Shown in pieces: positions 51,301-62,678 of a DNA stretch of 64,000 nucleotides. Under the pieces are notes generated by a model. The model searched no databases. It had not been told where the DNA came from and saw only the letters and a list, made by a program, of their open reading frames with translations. The DNA lies in the NCBI GenBank assembly GCA_021613535.1, contig CP075492.1, positions 1,364,001-1,428,000 on the forward strand, written 5' to 3'. The DNA comes from Adineta vaga. Its lineage: Eukaryota > Animalia > Rotifera. The translations under genes and the position numbers were made by a program. How positions within the stretch are numbered: the stretch's first letter is position 1; every line of letters starts with the position of its first letter.

Positions 51301-54300
51301 ATGCCGCTGGTTGTTGTTCAGGAACGTGCAGTGGACCATACACACCAAATCCAAGCACAAAGACGAGCACTTGTTCATTGCATTGCGAAGACAAAGGCGG
51401 TTTCTTCTGTCAAAAAGAATCGACCTTCTGTGCCAACAACTACTTTGAATGGGCAGGTCCTTGCAACGCTACCGCTGGCGATCAAGCTTGTCCAGTGGGT
51501 TTCTGTTGTGTTCACGACAACTACTATGCAGACAAACAATATGTGTGTCTCAAATGCAAAGACGGAAGTAAGTAACCAATAGAGTACTTTTTTGACCGTA
51601 CAGAGCGATTTGCTGCATCGTGCAAATTAACTTTTCATGCATTGCACATATTCTTCTCAGGTGCACCGGCGACTTGTTCATCCCAGTCTGGTAAAAACAA
51701 ACCAGCAACACTAGCACCAGCACCAGTGCCAACAGCAACGAAAGATCCTAAAGATGCCGGTGCATGTTGTTCTGGCACGTGCAGCGGAACATTCACCAGC
51801 AATCCAGTCACGAGCACTTGCTCTCTACATTGTGAAGACAAAGGCGGTTTCTTCTGTCAAAAAGAATCGACCTTCTGTGCCAACAACTACTTTGAATGGG
51901 CAGGTCCTTGCAACGCCACCGCTGGCGATCAAGCTTGTCCAACCGGTTTCTGTTGCGTTCACGATAACTACTATGCCGACAAACAGTATGTGTGTCTCAA
52001 ATGCAAAGATGGAAGTAAGTGCTCGGCATAATCCTTTTATGACCGTACAGAGCGATTTGCTGAATCGTGCAAATAAACTTTTCATGCATTGCACATATTC
52101 TTCTCAGGTGCACCGGCGACTTGTTCATCCCAGAATGGTAAAAACAAACCAGCAACATCAGCGCTAGTGCCAGCACCAGTGCCAACAGCAACATCAGCGC
52201 CAGTGCCAGCACCAGTGCCAACAGCAACGAAAGATCCTAAAGATGCCGGTGCCTGTTGTTCCGGAACGTGCAGTGGAACATTCACCAGCAATCCAGTCAC
52301 GAGCACTTGCTCTCTACATTGTGAAGACAAAGGTGGTTTCTTCTGTCAAAAAGAATCGACCTTCTGTGCCAACAACTACTTTGAATGGGCAGGTCCTTGC
52401 AACGCTACCGCTGGCGATCAAGCTTGTCCAACCGGTTTCTGTTGCGTTCACGATAACTACTATGCCGACAAACAGTATGTGTGTCTCAAATGCAAAGATG
52501 GAAGTAAGTGTTAAAGCGATTGGTTTTTTTAGGCGAATAATGTTAGGGATTTGGGAAAACGGTATTGGTTACTGTTTACCTGGCTTTTTTTAGATGCTGT
52601 TCCAGGTTGTGTATATTCTAAGCAAACAGTGATTCCTAGTATTAAAACAGAACCTGTCACCTCGGCGTCAACAAAGGCCTCCAGCAATATTGGTTCGACT
52701 GCTGCAAGTACTGATGAACCTAGCAGTACACCATCTGCTGCGGCTTCGATTGCTTCAAGTACTGCTGAACCAAGCAGTGAACGACCAAGCAGTACACCAT
52801 CTGCTGCTGCTTCGACTGCTTCAAGTACTGCTGAACCAAGTAGTACGCCATCTGCTGCTGCTTCGATTGCTTCAAGTACTGCTGAACCAAGCAGTGAACG
52901 ACCAAGCAGTACACCATCTGCTGCTGCTTCGATTGCTTCAAGTACTGCTGAACCAAGCAGTGAACGACCAAGCAGTACACCATCTGCTGCTGCTTCGACT
53001 GCTTCAAGTACTGCTGAACCAAGTAGTACGCCATCTGCTGCTGCTTCGACTGCTTCAAGTACTGCTGAACCAAGCAGTACACCATCTGCTGCTGCTTCGA
53101 CTGCTTCGAGTGCTGCTGAACCACGTAGTGAACGACCAAGCAGTACACCATCTGCTGCTGCTTCGACTGCTTCAAGTACTGCTGAACCAAGCATTACACC
53201 ATCTGCTGCTGCTTCGACTGCTTCAAGTACTGCTGAACCAAGCATGAACGACCAAGCAGTACACCATCTGCTGCTGCTTCGACTGCTTCAAGTACTGCTG
53301 AACCAAGCAGTGAACGACCAAGCAGTACACCATCTGCTGCTGCTTCGACTGCTTCAAGTACTGCTGAACCAAGCAGTGAACGACCAAGCAGTACACCATC
53401 TGCTGCTGCTTCGACTGATTCGAGTACTGCTCAACCAAGCAGTACACCATCTGTTGCTGCTTCGACTGAACCAGGTGCTGGACAAGCAGGTAATGGTTTA
53501 GTTGAAGTTGTAAATGATTGAGTATACATGGATAGTTGTTCTGAAACGACTATTTTTTTGAATGAGAATTGAGAAAAGTTTGTAGCAGGTTGAAGCGAAA
53601 TAAGTTTAGTGTTTCTGGTTCCATGGTTCCATCGGTGTTCGGGACCTCCGTATTAGTTTTCTACAAATGTCTTTAGGTTTCTTAGAGAAGTAGGATCCTG
53701 ATATAGTGAATAGTATTCACGGTGGATTTTTTGTGATGGAAGAGCTTGTTGGAAGTACAAAGTTGAGGTTTCTTTAGTCGTGTAATCGAGATAGCTTTTC
53801 TCCCATGTATGCTTTTTCGGTGGTGCGATATGTATACTAATATTGGTGGATAAAATTTCTTTTTTAGGTGATACAGTGGAAGGCGATGGCAACGATTCTA
53901 GTGATGATGACGATTCGGGTGATGATCAAGGACCAGAATCGACTGGCTATGTGACGCGAGTACGTATCGAAGAGAGTTTCGGATTGATGCACACTAATGT
54001 GCGCGTACGGAGAGCGGTTATTGTGAGCGCTTAATTTAAAATTAAACGTATGTATTGAGATGATTATGGTCATGGATTCGTCTGTTTTTACGTTTACGGT
54101 TAGCCTTCGTAAAATTTAAATACTCTTGTATTGACTTAAGATTGATCTGTTTAGCCGTCATATGATGAAAGTAGAAGTTGCTGTATAGTATATTAATTTC
54201 GAGCGACTGTGGAAAGAATTCGTTATAGTGTTTAGAGATGAAGTAAAAATTTTGAGTTGAAATCAGAATAGAATCTGTACTTTAAAAAGTGAAATATTGT

Positions 54301-55165
54301 TGTCGGGAGATGTTTTTTGGATTAAACGATCTGAATGATTGAACGATCACAGTTTTAGTATATAGGCACTTCACACGATTTATTTCATGTAATACCAATG
54401 AAACATTGAAGACTATATTTACCGATACAACTTAGCGCAGTTTTGTAATCGTTTTAATTTTTTTATCGAATTTTGCTAGGATGATTGAAGTTTTATTTTG
54501 ATTATAGGGAAAATTGACAAATTATTCTCATCTTTGTAACTGACTGAGAAATAAGATTATCCTTATTTGGATGGTTCACTGAAACGAACTTTAATTTTGA
54601 ATATTGAAATGATGAAATAAAAAGGAAGTGAAAATGGATGTTTGCTAGCATTAATAGTCTTTTTGAAAGAGATATTCGAAGAAAAAATTTATGGTTCATG
54701 CTTGAGAAACCTTAGGAGAACACTGAATATATATAATATCGTTCATGAATTTAGGTTGCCACTACCACACCCAGTGTTAGTTCTAACAACAATGCTAACT
54801 ATCAGAGTCCATGTGGTAAATGTGCTTTACGTTACATATTTTCATCGTTCTGCGTCGAAGGTCTTACGCTTCAACAACTGCCTAAACGCGCTGGAAAAAA
54901 ATTTGCTCAAAACTTGAAAAAGTATATCAAGAATGAATTGGGAAAACGTCAAGAAAGAGGCTTGAAAGAAATTAAAGTTACAAGTTTTACGAATTTCAAT
55001 CGTAAAAATTTAATTGTCGAATTTGTTTCTACTGTTGATCCGAAACTTCATTCACAATTAAATAATGCTATACGCCTTGTCCTTCTCAAATTGAATGTAT
55101 GTTAAGTTTTCTCATTTATTATCTTTTACATTGTTTTCTTTTAGGTCAATAAAGCATTCGAATAA
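48381..55165 (+). CDS. Secreted protein: signal-peptide exon, 8 exon-encoded Cys-rich repeats, S/T/A/E/P mucin-like tract and acidic linker; 3' end either 54034 or via exons 54755-55096 and 55145-55165
   Basis: Phase-1 exons 48381-48450, 49122-49391, 49494-49811, 49914-50252, 50346-50693, 50787-51146, 51238-51567, 51661-52014, 52108-52503, 52594-53489 and 53868-53998(54034), all GT-AG. One base is missing near 53245 in the mucin tract. Confidence 0.75.
48726..48827. mobile_element. Hairpin MITE in intron 1
   Basis: Perfect 30-bp inverted arms, ttgcccaaaattgtggttcccagaattggt (48734-48763) and 48789-48818. Confidence 0.75.
52710..53470 (+). repeat. Coding minisatellite (48/60-bp units: PSSTPSAAASTASSTAE[PSSER])
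   Basis: Repeated ccaagcagtacaccatctgctgctgcttcgactgcttcaagtactgctgaa. Confidence 0.95.
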
Positions 55166-55680
55166 TCACAAAATTAATAACATTAAAAACAACTTCATTA
55201 CCCATAATATTTCCCAATGCATTACTTTATTCTAATTTTATTATTGATGAAAGGATGTTCTTCTAAGAAATAATAAAAGATCTTCATTGCAATTCATATT
55301 TCTGTATTAATATTATAACTAATGTATTAAAGGATGAAGTTTTTCTCATTTATAAATGATTCATCGGTGTAGAAGTGGGTTGAGTCTTTGTCGAGCACTA
55401 AAAAGACGCCAAATGATAAACTCTTAGCGTTGATCGGAGTGTAAAGTATGAAAAATCATCTTTCCGCTTATCAGTCGTTTAATCTACCCCTAAAACTAAC
55501 AAAAATTTCGTTTTGCAACTCAAAACATGCGTTCCGAAAGCGTTTAAAAAAAACTGTCAAACGACATTTCATACTTTTCACCTATGCTAAACCTTTATCG
55601 AAAGTATATTAGATTGATAAAAACAATTGTTTCCCTACATGTATATGTTTCTCAAGACGTATATCAGAAACAGATATATT

Positions 55681-55735
55681 TTGATGGGTGTGAGTGTGGG
55701 ATGAGGACTGGCAAATTATCTACGCCCACACCCAA
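55681..55735. repeat. Telomere-like palindrome
   Basis: ttgatgggtgtgagtgtggg...acgcccacacccaa. Confidence 0.65.
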
Positions 55736-55849
55736 AATAATATCAATCATAAAATACAACATAACGATAAATATGTGTTTCTATACTATTATAATTATGA
55801 ATAGTGTATATTACTTACGTGTGCGATGAAAACTGACATTGTTTCTGCC

Positions 55850-57600
55850 AAGAATTTTGATTGAGAAATTTTCCCTTTCATATTGAAAACAACCAGTATG
55901 TATCAAATATTGATCACCAAGTTAAGAGTAATTCTGTGTAGATTATCATTAACCTTGCTTGAGATTCAATTTGCCGATTGAATGGCTAAATAAAATTCAT
56001 GTTCATACATAAAAATGGATATAGCTATATACTTCTGCTGTTGCTAAGAATAGTATATATAACATTTTCGTTCACTGTTGCCTGTATTGCTTCATAATAG
56101 CATTTTGAGAATTGCCAACAAAAACCACTGTGATGTATTGGGTGATCTCTTGTCAATATAGATGAGTGCATTGATGCAATGACTGATTCAACATCTATTC
56201 AGTACAAACATAAATTAAAGGCAAAAACAAATATATAGAATGTATATAGTCTCATTTTAATTTAAGATTGAACAAAAGATTTCAGTTTATAGAAAAAATC
56301 AAAATGTGGAAAAGTATATTACTCACCGATGTGTTGAAGATAAACAATATTTGAACCTAATAAGATGTATTGATTAGAAGTTCAAGTATAAATTTGAATT
56401 GATCTTTATTGCAACATTTACCATACCAAACAATTCAATTGTGTGTAGGATTAAATCGATCAAAATAATCTTTATTTACATGACCATAGAGATCGATAAT
56501 ATAATATTACCAGTGAGAATGTAAAAGTCATTATTATTTACAGTTACTTCTATAGCTTCATAATGATAATATGGATGATCGAATAAAGTACGTGAAAACA
56601 TTGTATGATTGTCAGTTAAGATAGAAGAATATATCGATTGAATGGTGGATGAAACAGTTACTAAATAAGAAAAACGGTTGTTAGCACAATTTTTATAGAA
56701 TCAAAATGTGAAAAACGAAATAGTTATGATTATATCATCGAATATCTAACCAATTTTGTTGATATCATAATGTAAGTATGAATAAAGAAAAGAGATGAAT
56801 TTATAATGTTTTACTCAACAATATTTCCTATTTATGTTATACAAAAAGAATTTTTTTCTATTATTATTCAAAAGCTTATTTTTAATATAAACTTACCACA
56901 AGAATCTTTTTGTAAATCAAATTTGTGTATTTCTCCATTATCTTTATTATTAACAAATAAGTTTCGATTTATATCGAAACTGAGTTTTTTTTATGGTCTC
57001 CAGGTTCCATTATATCCAAGTAAACGTCGAAAATCATTTGGTTCTGATGTAATTATACAATTGAATATGGATAACGAAGTATAATTGTAATATTTGATGA
57101 ACTTTCTCCTGCTACTGTTGTTCCATTTTTTTCCGTCTAAGTGAAACAATTGAATTCGATTATGGAAATAATCTGCTACATATAAATCAAAATTTGTATC
57201 GACAAAAATTTCTCGAGAATAGATCAAAGGACGCGGAACAGATTCATCTGGTCTCATTATCATCATTCACTCAGATCAATAAATGTACCATCACATATAT
57301 TTCACAATCCATAATATGAGCAAAGTGACCTTCACTTGCTATCCATTTATCAATTCTGTTGTTCTCATAGCTGACATAAGGCATAATTGTTATTGACAGA
57401 GGATTTTAGCTTCCGTATCAGAAGCACCATAAACTGTGTTGTTTGTATCAATAAATAGGATTGAATAATAGCCATCGATGAATTTTTCATCATCAAAAAC
57501 AGATTCATCTGGATTCCATCTTGCAGTTGAACAAATTTTCGGTTGATTATAACAAAAAGAAGAAAATCTGTTCAAATCTTGTAAATATTATTGAATAAAG
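55850..57600 (-). pseudogene. Heavily decayed NHL-repeat (beta-propeller) membrane-protein gene
   Basis: YNQPKICSTARWNPD, LFIDTNNTVY and LYVADYFHNRIQLF fragments with many stops and frameshifts. Confidence 0.55.
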
Positions 57601-57792
57601 CTTTTTCGACATAATTTGTCTAACGAACTTATTGAAGATTTACAAATCACAACAGTTTAATTTTTAATTTATTTTTCAGATTTGAAATAATTATCTGCTA
57701 TTTCATAGATTCGAATTATCCAAAGAAAAACACGAACTATCTTGGATTTATTACTTTTCAACATATACTCAATAAAAAATCTTTGTCAACAA

Positions 57793-57844
57793 TGTGGGTG
57801 TGAATACTACATCTATCTAACACCCACACCCACACCCTCACCCT
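57793..57844. repeat. Telomere-like palindrome
   Basis: tgtgggtgtg-aatactacatctatcta-acacccacacccacaccctcaccct. Confidence 0.75.
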
Positions 57845-57849
57845 ATATT

Positions 57850-58493
57850 AGTTCGAAGGAATCAAAGTTATTTGGGTTTTTATTCAAATGATTGCAAAGG
57901 AAAACAATTTTTACTTAATAATACTTGGTATCATCTTGCTTTTGTATATAATGTTACAGGAGGATTTCGACAACCAATTTTTATTAATGATCAACTTAAT
58001 CCAATGATAAATATTTCATTAACTATCGGTAATGTACAGAGTCTTGGTAACTCACAAGGATATATTGATCAACTATCGTACAGTAGTCGACCAAAATCTT
58101 CTAATGAAATACTTGATGATGCTACTCTTATCTTCTATTTTAATTTTAATCAATAATTCTTTTCAATTTTATCAATCTTTTTCATCTTTTCAAATAGAAA
58201 CATTCGTCTCTCCTTATATTTATAATACATCCTTCTCAATTGTACTATGGATTAATCCATCTTCAACAAATAATGGTATTAAACTTTATATTAATGGAAC
58301 ATGATTTAATAAAACAGAATCTTCAAATAATTCATTAGTTGAACAATCATATACAATAACTGTTGGTAGTTGTTCACAAAATTGTGCTGCATGTAACATT
58401 AAAGGAGATTCATAGAATGGTTTTATTGATGAATTTCGTGTATATGATCGTGAATTAAATGTTCGTAAGATTCAAATGTTAACTATTCAATAA
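57850..58493 (+). pseudogene. Concanavalin A-like/LamG domain gene fragment
   Basis: NTWYHLAFVYN, LTIGN, GYIDQL, IKLYING, GFIDEFRVYDREL; internal stops. Confidence 0.6.
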
Positions 58494-59243
58494 TATCAAA
58501 ATTATATTGATCGTAAAGATATAATCATAAAATTCATGACTAAAGATGAACAACAAATATTATGTGATATTGAAAAATTGAAGAAATGTCTATGGATATC
58601 GTTAAGTTGATATAAAAGATTAATTTTTATTCTTTTCTTTTTCTTAAGAGTCTATATACGAGAATATTTCATACTTATTATAATGTAATGATCTATTAAG
58701 GACGCAGTTTAATATGTAAATTTCATAAAATAAACAATAAATTAATTTTGTTTTCTTCGATCAAATAATAAATATGGTGAATATATTTGATATTTAAAAC
58801 AAAGTATTAATATATTTCAATTTACTGAAAACGAACGTGTAATGTAACAATTTGTTTTTCAATCTATCACAGAAAATAAAACTTAGTATAATTTGCATAT
58901 TTTCTCATGCTCATATAATCTTTTGTATTTAAAATACGAATAAAAATAAAGTAGTATACTTATAACTGTATAAGATGATATTTATTTTTCTCACTCGAAA
59001 AAAAACAGAACGATGATTCGTATATTCTTTTATGACTTATATAAAGAAACAATTAGCATTTTATTTATGCTAAATCCTGGTGCATAAAAAGGCAAGACAA
59101 AAGTGAATGATAGCACATTTTTTTATAGAGACGAAATTCATACAAATATCTGGTAAATAAACGCTCTATAACTGAGATACCCATGTTTGCATTCTAATAC
59201 ATGAAATTCTATTCTAATTGTAGATTTATTTTCAAAGTTTATT

Positions 59244-59496
59244 ATGAAATCATTGATATTAGTAATTTTATTAGTTTGTATTCTTTCATGTAAGTTCTTC
59301 ATGACTTTCTTTCATGTTATCTGTCTATACAAATCATCATTGTATGTGTTTAGATGCAGTTAATGAGATTGTTTGCGATAAAGCATTCGATGATTGTTAT
59401 CGAGCAATGACTCCAAAATGTCAAAGAACAAAAGGAGCAAAAGCAAAAGCAATTTGTTGGGCAAGTATTGCTGCATATTGTGCAACGAAAGGATAA
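59244..59496 (+). CDS. Small secreted Cys-rich cationic peptide (62 aa), exons 59244-59289 and 59354-59496
   Basis: MKSLILVILLVCILS|YAVNEIVCDKAFDDCYRAMTPKCQRTKGAKAKAICWASIAAYCATKG*; phase-1 64-nt GT-AG intron. Confidence 0.75.
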
Positions 59497-59715
59497 TCAA
59501 AGACTATATATTCATGTGAATTTATGCTTTCGAATTAATCGTTAAGAACTTTCTTTTTATATTTAAATATTTTATTCATGCGATCAATAAATCAAACATA
59601 TATTTATTTATTGTGAAAGTTCATATAGTGAAAAGAATTTAGGTTCAAGGAACTGAGAAACAGGAATGAGCTTTATTCCCATTTCGCTTGTTGTTGCCAG
59701 GACCATGTAAAAAAT

Positions 59716-59762
59716 TGTGGGTGTGGGTGTATCTCTCCTTCTCTCACACCCACACCCTCAAG
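59716..59762. repeat. Telomere-like palindrome
   Basis: tgtgggtgtgggtgt-atctctccttctct-cacacccacaccctcaag. Confidence 0.8.
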
Positions 59763-60022
59763 ATGATCATTTTCGTTTGATTGATAGTTTGAGTAATGAA
59801 TCAAGTATGAATGCTGTAATGTAAAAAGTATTTTTATCATATCAAATTTCGAATTATACACTCTTTGTCTTCGATTGCCAGTATTGAAACTTTATCTCTT
59901 TCTTTTAATGATGTTAGAACTACGTTGAAGTCAGTTATATTTCATCGAGAGATCAAACTGAAACAGTACGCTTTACTAAGCGTTTGCTATACGTTTTGAA
60001 CTATTCTAGTGTATTAATTAAG

Positions 60023-60300
60023 ATGTCCGAATACTATTCAAATCGTTATCAACCAACACCAATCGTTACACAACAAAATTATCCATATAATCAACCACCA
60101 ATTATTATCCAACAGGAAAATACTGAAGTTCAGCACGGATGTCATTGTTTACTTTGTCTTCTAACCAGTGGATTATGGGCTCCATTTTGGATAGCAGCTT
60201 GTTGTGGATGTTGTAAGTCATTGTTCATTACAAATCATATAGTCAAATGAGAATTTTTATTTTATTTTTCGGAATTTTAGGTTGTCGAAGACCATGTTAG
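60023..60300 (+). CDS. Small P/Q/Y-rich protein with Cys-rich hydrophobic tail (CYSTM-like architecture), 69 aa; exons 60023-60212 and 60281-60300
   Basis: MSEYYSNRYQPTP...HGCHCLLCLLTSGLWAPFWIAACCGC|CCRRPC*; in-phase GT-AG intron. Confidence 0.7.
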
Positions 60301-60661
60301 TTTAACAATATAACAGTCGTCTTTTTCTAACTCAGAACAATACCTTCAGATGTTTTTAAATTAGTTGATCTTTATCTAACCTTATTTGTTTATATTTATG
60401 TCATTGTCGCACTTGATTTATACTTTATTCGAATAATTGAATTCAGATTGTTAAATATCAGTTTTAAAATATATTAGTAACAGCCTTATGTTATAACATA
60501 TGTAAGATCAATTATCACTCTATAACAAATGATCTGTGTCAATTATTCAATTATGTATTTTATCAATAAAGAAATTTTTCGTCACAGTCAATAAAAAAGT
60601 CTATAAATATGTGATATGTAATCATACTCGATCAGATCAGAGTTTCATCTTTGTTCAAATA

Positions 60662-61305
60662 ATGTCATTTCATTGTTTAACATTATTCATATTCAGTTCA
60701 TTTTTTCAAGTGTTACGTAGTGATTCTATTGGTGAGTAATTAAAACATTTTTACATCTATTTTTATTTTTTCTCAATTCAGTAAATATGATTTAATCGAT
60801 CAAAAAACAACAATACAAAGTGTCTCATGTTGAATATATTAGTTTACGTTCTTTTGAACAAGTTATTGTTGATTTTCAAAGTCTTGTTGGATCTGTTGAA
60901 GATGGAGCTTTTCAACGGTTATCATCAACATCAATTGATGAAAAAGATTTTAAAATGCGTGTGAAAGATCATGAAGGAAAGAGTGGTTTCATGCAATTTC
61001 TTTTAATAGATCATGGAGAATGGTTATCTCATGTAAATATTATTGGAAAGAAAGCACGAATGTATACAATTGGAAATCCATTAATTGCAGAAACAATGCT
61101 CAAATATGATATACGTGTTGGACTCAATGTACCTATTCGTTTATTCATTTATGAAAATAAAATCGATAATACAGTACGAATTACTTATGATTTACCATCA
61201 TCATTGATGACTTATCTCAATAATGAAAATATCACTATTGCTGCCAAAAAACTTGATGTTAAACTCGAAGATTTATGTAAACAAGTAGCAAACACAATTG
61301 TTTGA
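60662..61305 (+). pseudogene. DUF302-family protein (bacterial type) with signal-peptide exon; in-frame TAA at 60793-60795
   Basis: IDHGEWL, YTIGNPLIAETML, GLNVPIRLFIYE, YDLPSSLM, AKKLDVKL. Exon 60662-60731 and a 50-nt intron join in frame. Confidence 0.75.
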
Positions 61306-61462
61306 TAAATCTAAGTCTTAGAAAGAACGATAATTACATCTCCATCGTAATTTATACATTTCAAAAGTCTTATTCGAAGACGATTTCTTTAATAGTTAAA
61401 ATTGTATATCATTATGTTTATTTACATCGTTCTTGTTCTTTTCTTCATATGTTAATAAACAT

Positions 61463-61525
61463 CTTGGGTGTGGGTGTGGATACTACATGTATTCAATACT
61501 CACATCTACACCCATCCACCCTCAG
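61463..61525. repeat. Telomere-like palindrome
   Basis: cttgggtgtgggtgtgga...cacatctacacccatccaccctcag. Confidence 0.75.
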
Positions 61526-62678
61526 AGAAAATAGAAAGTTTGTCTGTCCAATTCAATCAGAATTCAGCGCGCAGTAAGATAGTAAAACCTAAACCTTGAT
61601 CGCAAGAGAAATTTTGACCGAAGGATATCGGGGCTGGGAACGGACGTCACGTCATGAAGAAAAATAGAAAGTTTGTAAAGAGTAGCATGAAATGCCATAC
61701 ACCTTCTGAATCGAGAAACTCGAATCTGATGTTAGTTTTATTAAAGATTTTTCAGGATCAATTATTTGTATCGAAGAAGCTCACGCTTCATGAAATTATT
61801 CAAAACAAAAATAATTTAAAAATGAGGTTATTTTCATACCAAATACAAGCTGTCAAATTGTAACAGGTCCATCTCATAATTGTGATGGTGATAATGATAG
61901 TGAATAAAATCAGATATAATGTTTCAGTATTTAAAATATTCATCTGTTCTACATATACATCGATTTAATAACACAATGAACTATCATCATTACCAATACC
62001 GTGTGATAAAGTAATTCTAATATGAACAATTCCATTTCGACATTTATCTTTACTATCGAAATAAACCGATACATTATATTGTGTTTCACCATACTATCAA
62101 TAAACAATACATATATATTTATATCTATATAGAAAGAGATTTTGATATAGACTTTCAAAAAAGTAAACGATCTCTCTCTTCACTGAATCATTGGATAATA
62201 CTCGAATATTTTCAGATAAGAATGATTTACCTAATTTTTTATTCGAAATGTAAATACAAAATATTATTTCTATGCACATGGTTTTTGTTAGAATAATGAT
62301 AACAAAACAATATTTTTTATTGATCATCGCAACGAATAAATAAGGAACGGAAAAAAAAGTATTAACATTTACGGTTGTTTTTGTTCACCTTTTATATCGT
62401 ATCGAATGATTTTTTCTTCTGTCATTTGATTTGATATAGAGTATTGGATGTACTTTTATGATTATCGTAGATAAAAATGAATCAAACTCAAATACATAAC
62501 ATATTATTCACTTGTTTTTCTTCTCTTTTGTTTATTCGATAGAAATATTCTGGTTTGTTAAAAACATTTTGTTTTTCTCGTTATATATTTTAGATAAATT
62601 CAATATGAACGAAGTATAATATGATTTTTGATTTAAAATAAAAAAAAAAAGAAAAAGAAATTTATTATTTAGATTGAA

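Noticed and set aside
49992-53450. Many overlapping or antisense ORFs (MPVHVVL..., MLGSAVLEA..., MVQQYLK...)
   Set aside because: These are shadow frames of the Cys-repeat exons and mucin minisatellite; only the spliced frame has consistent splice phases.
882-61525. Athena/Penelope-like telomeric retroelement or a true chromosome end as the source of the TGTGGG tracts
   Set aside because: No reverse-transcriptase ORF or long unidirectional telomeric tract is in the window; the tracts are short and paired in inverted orientation.
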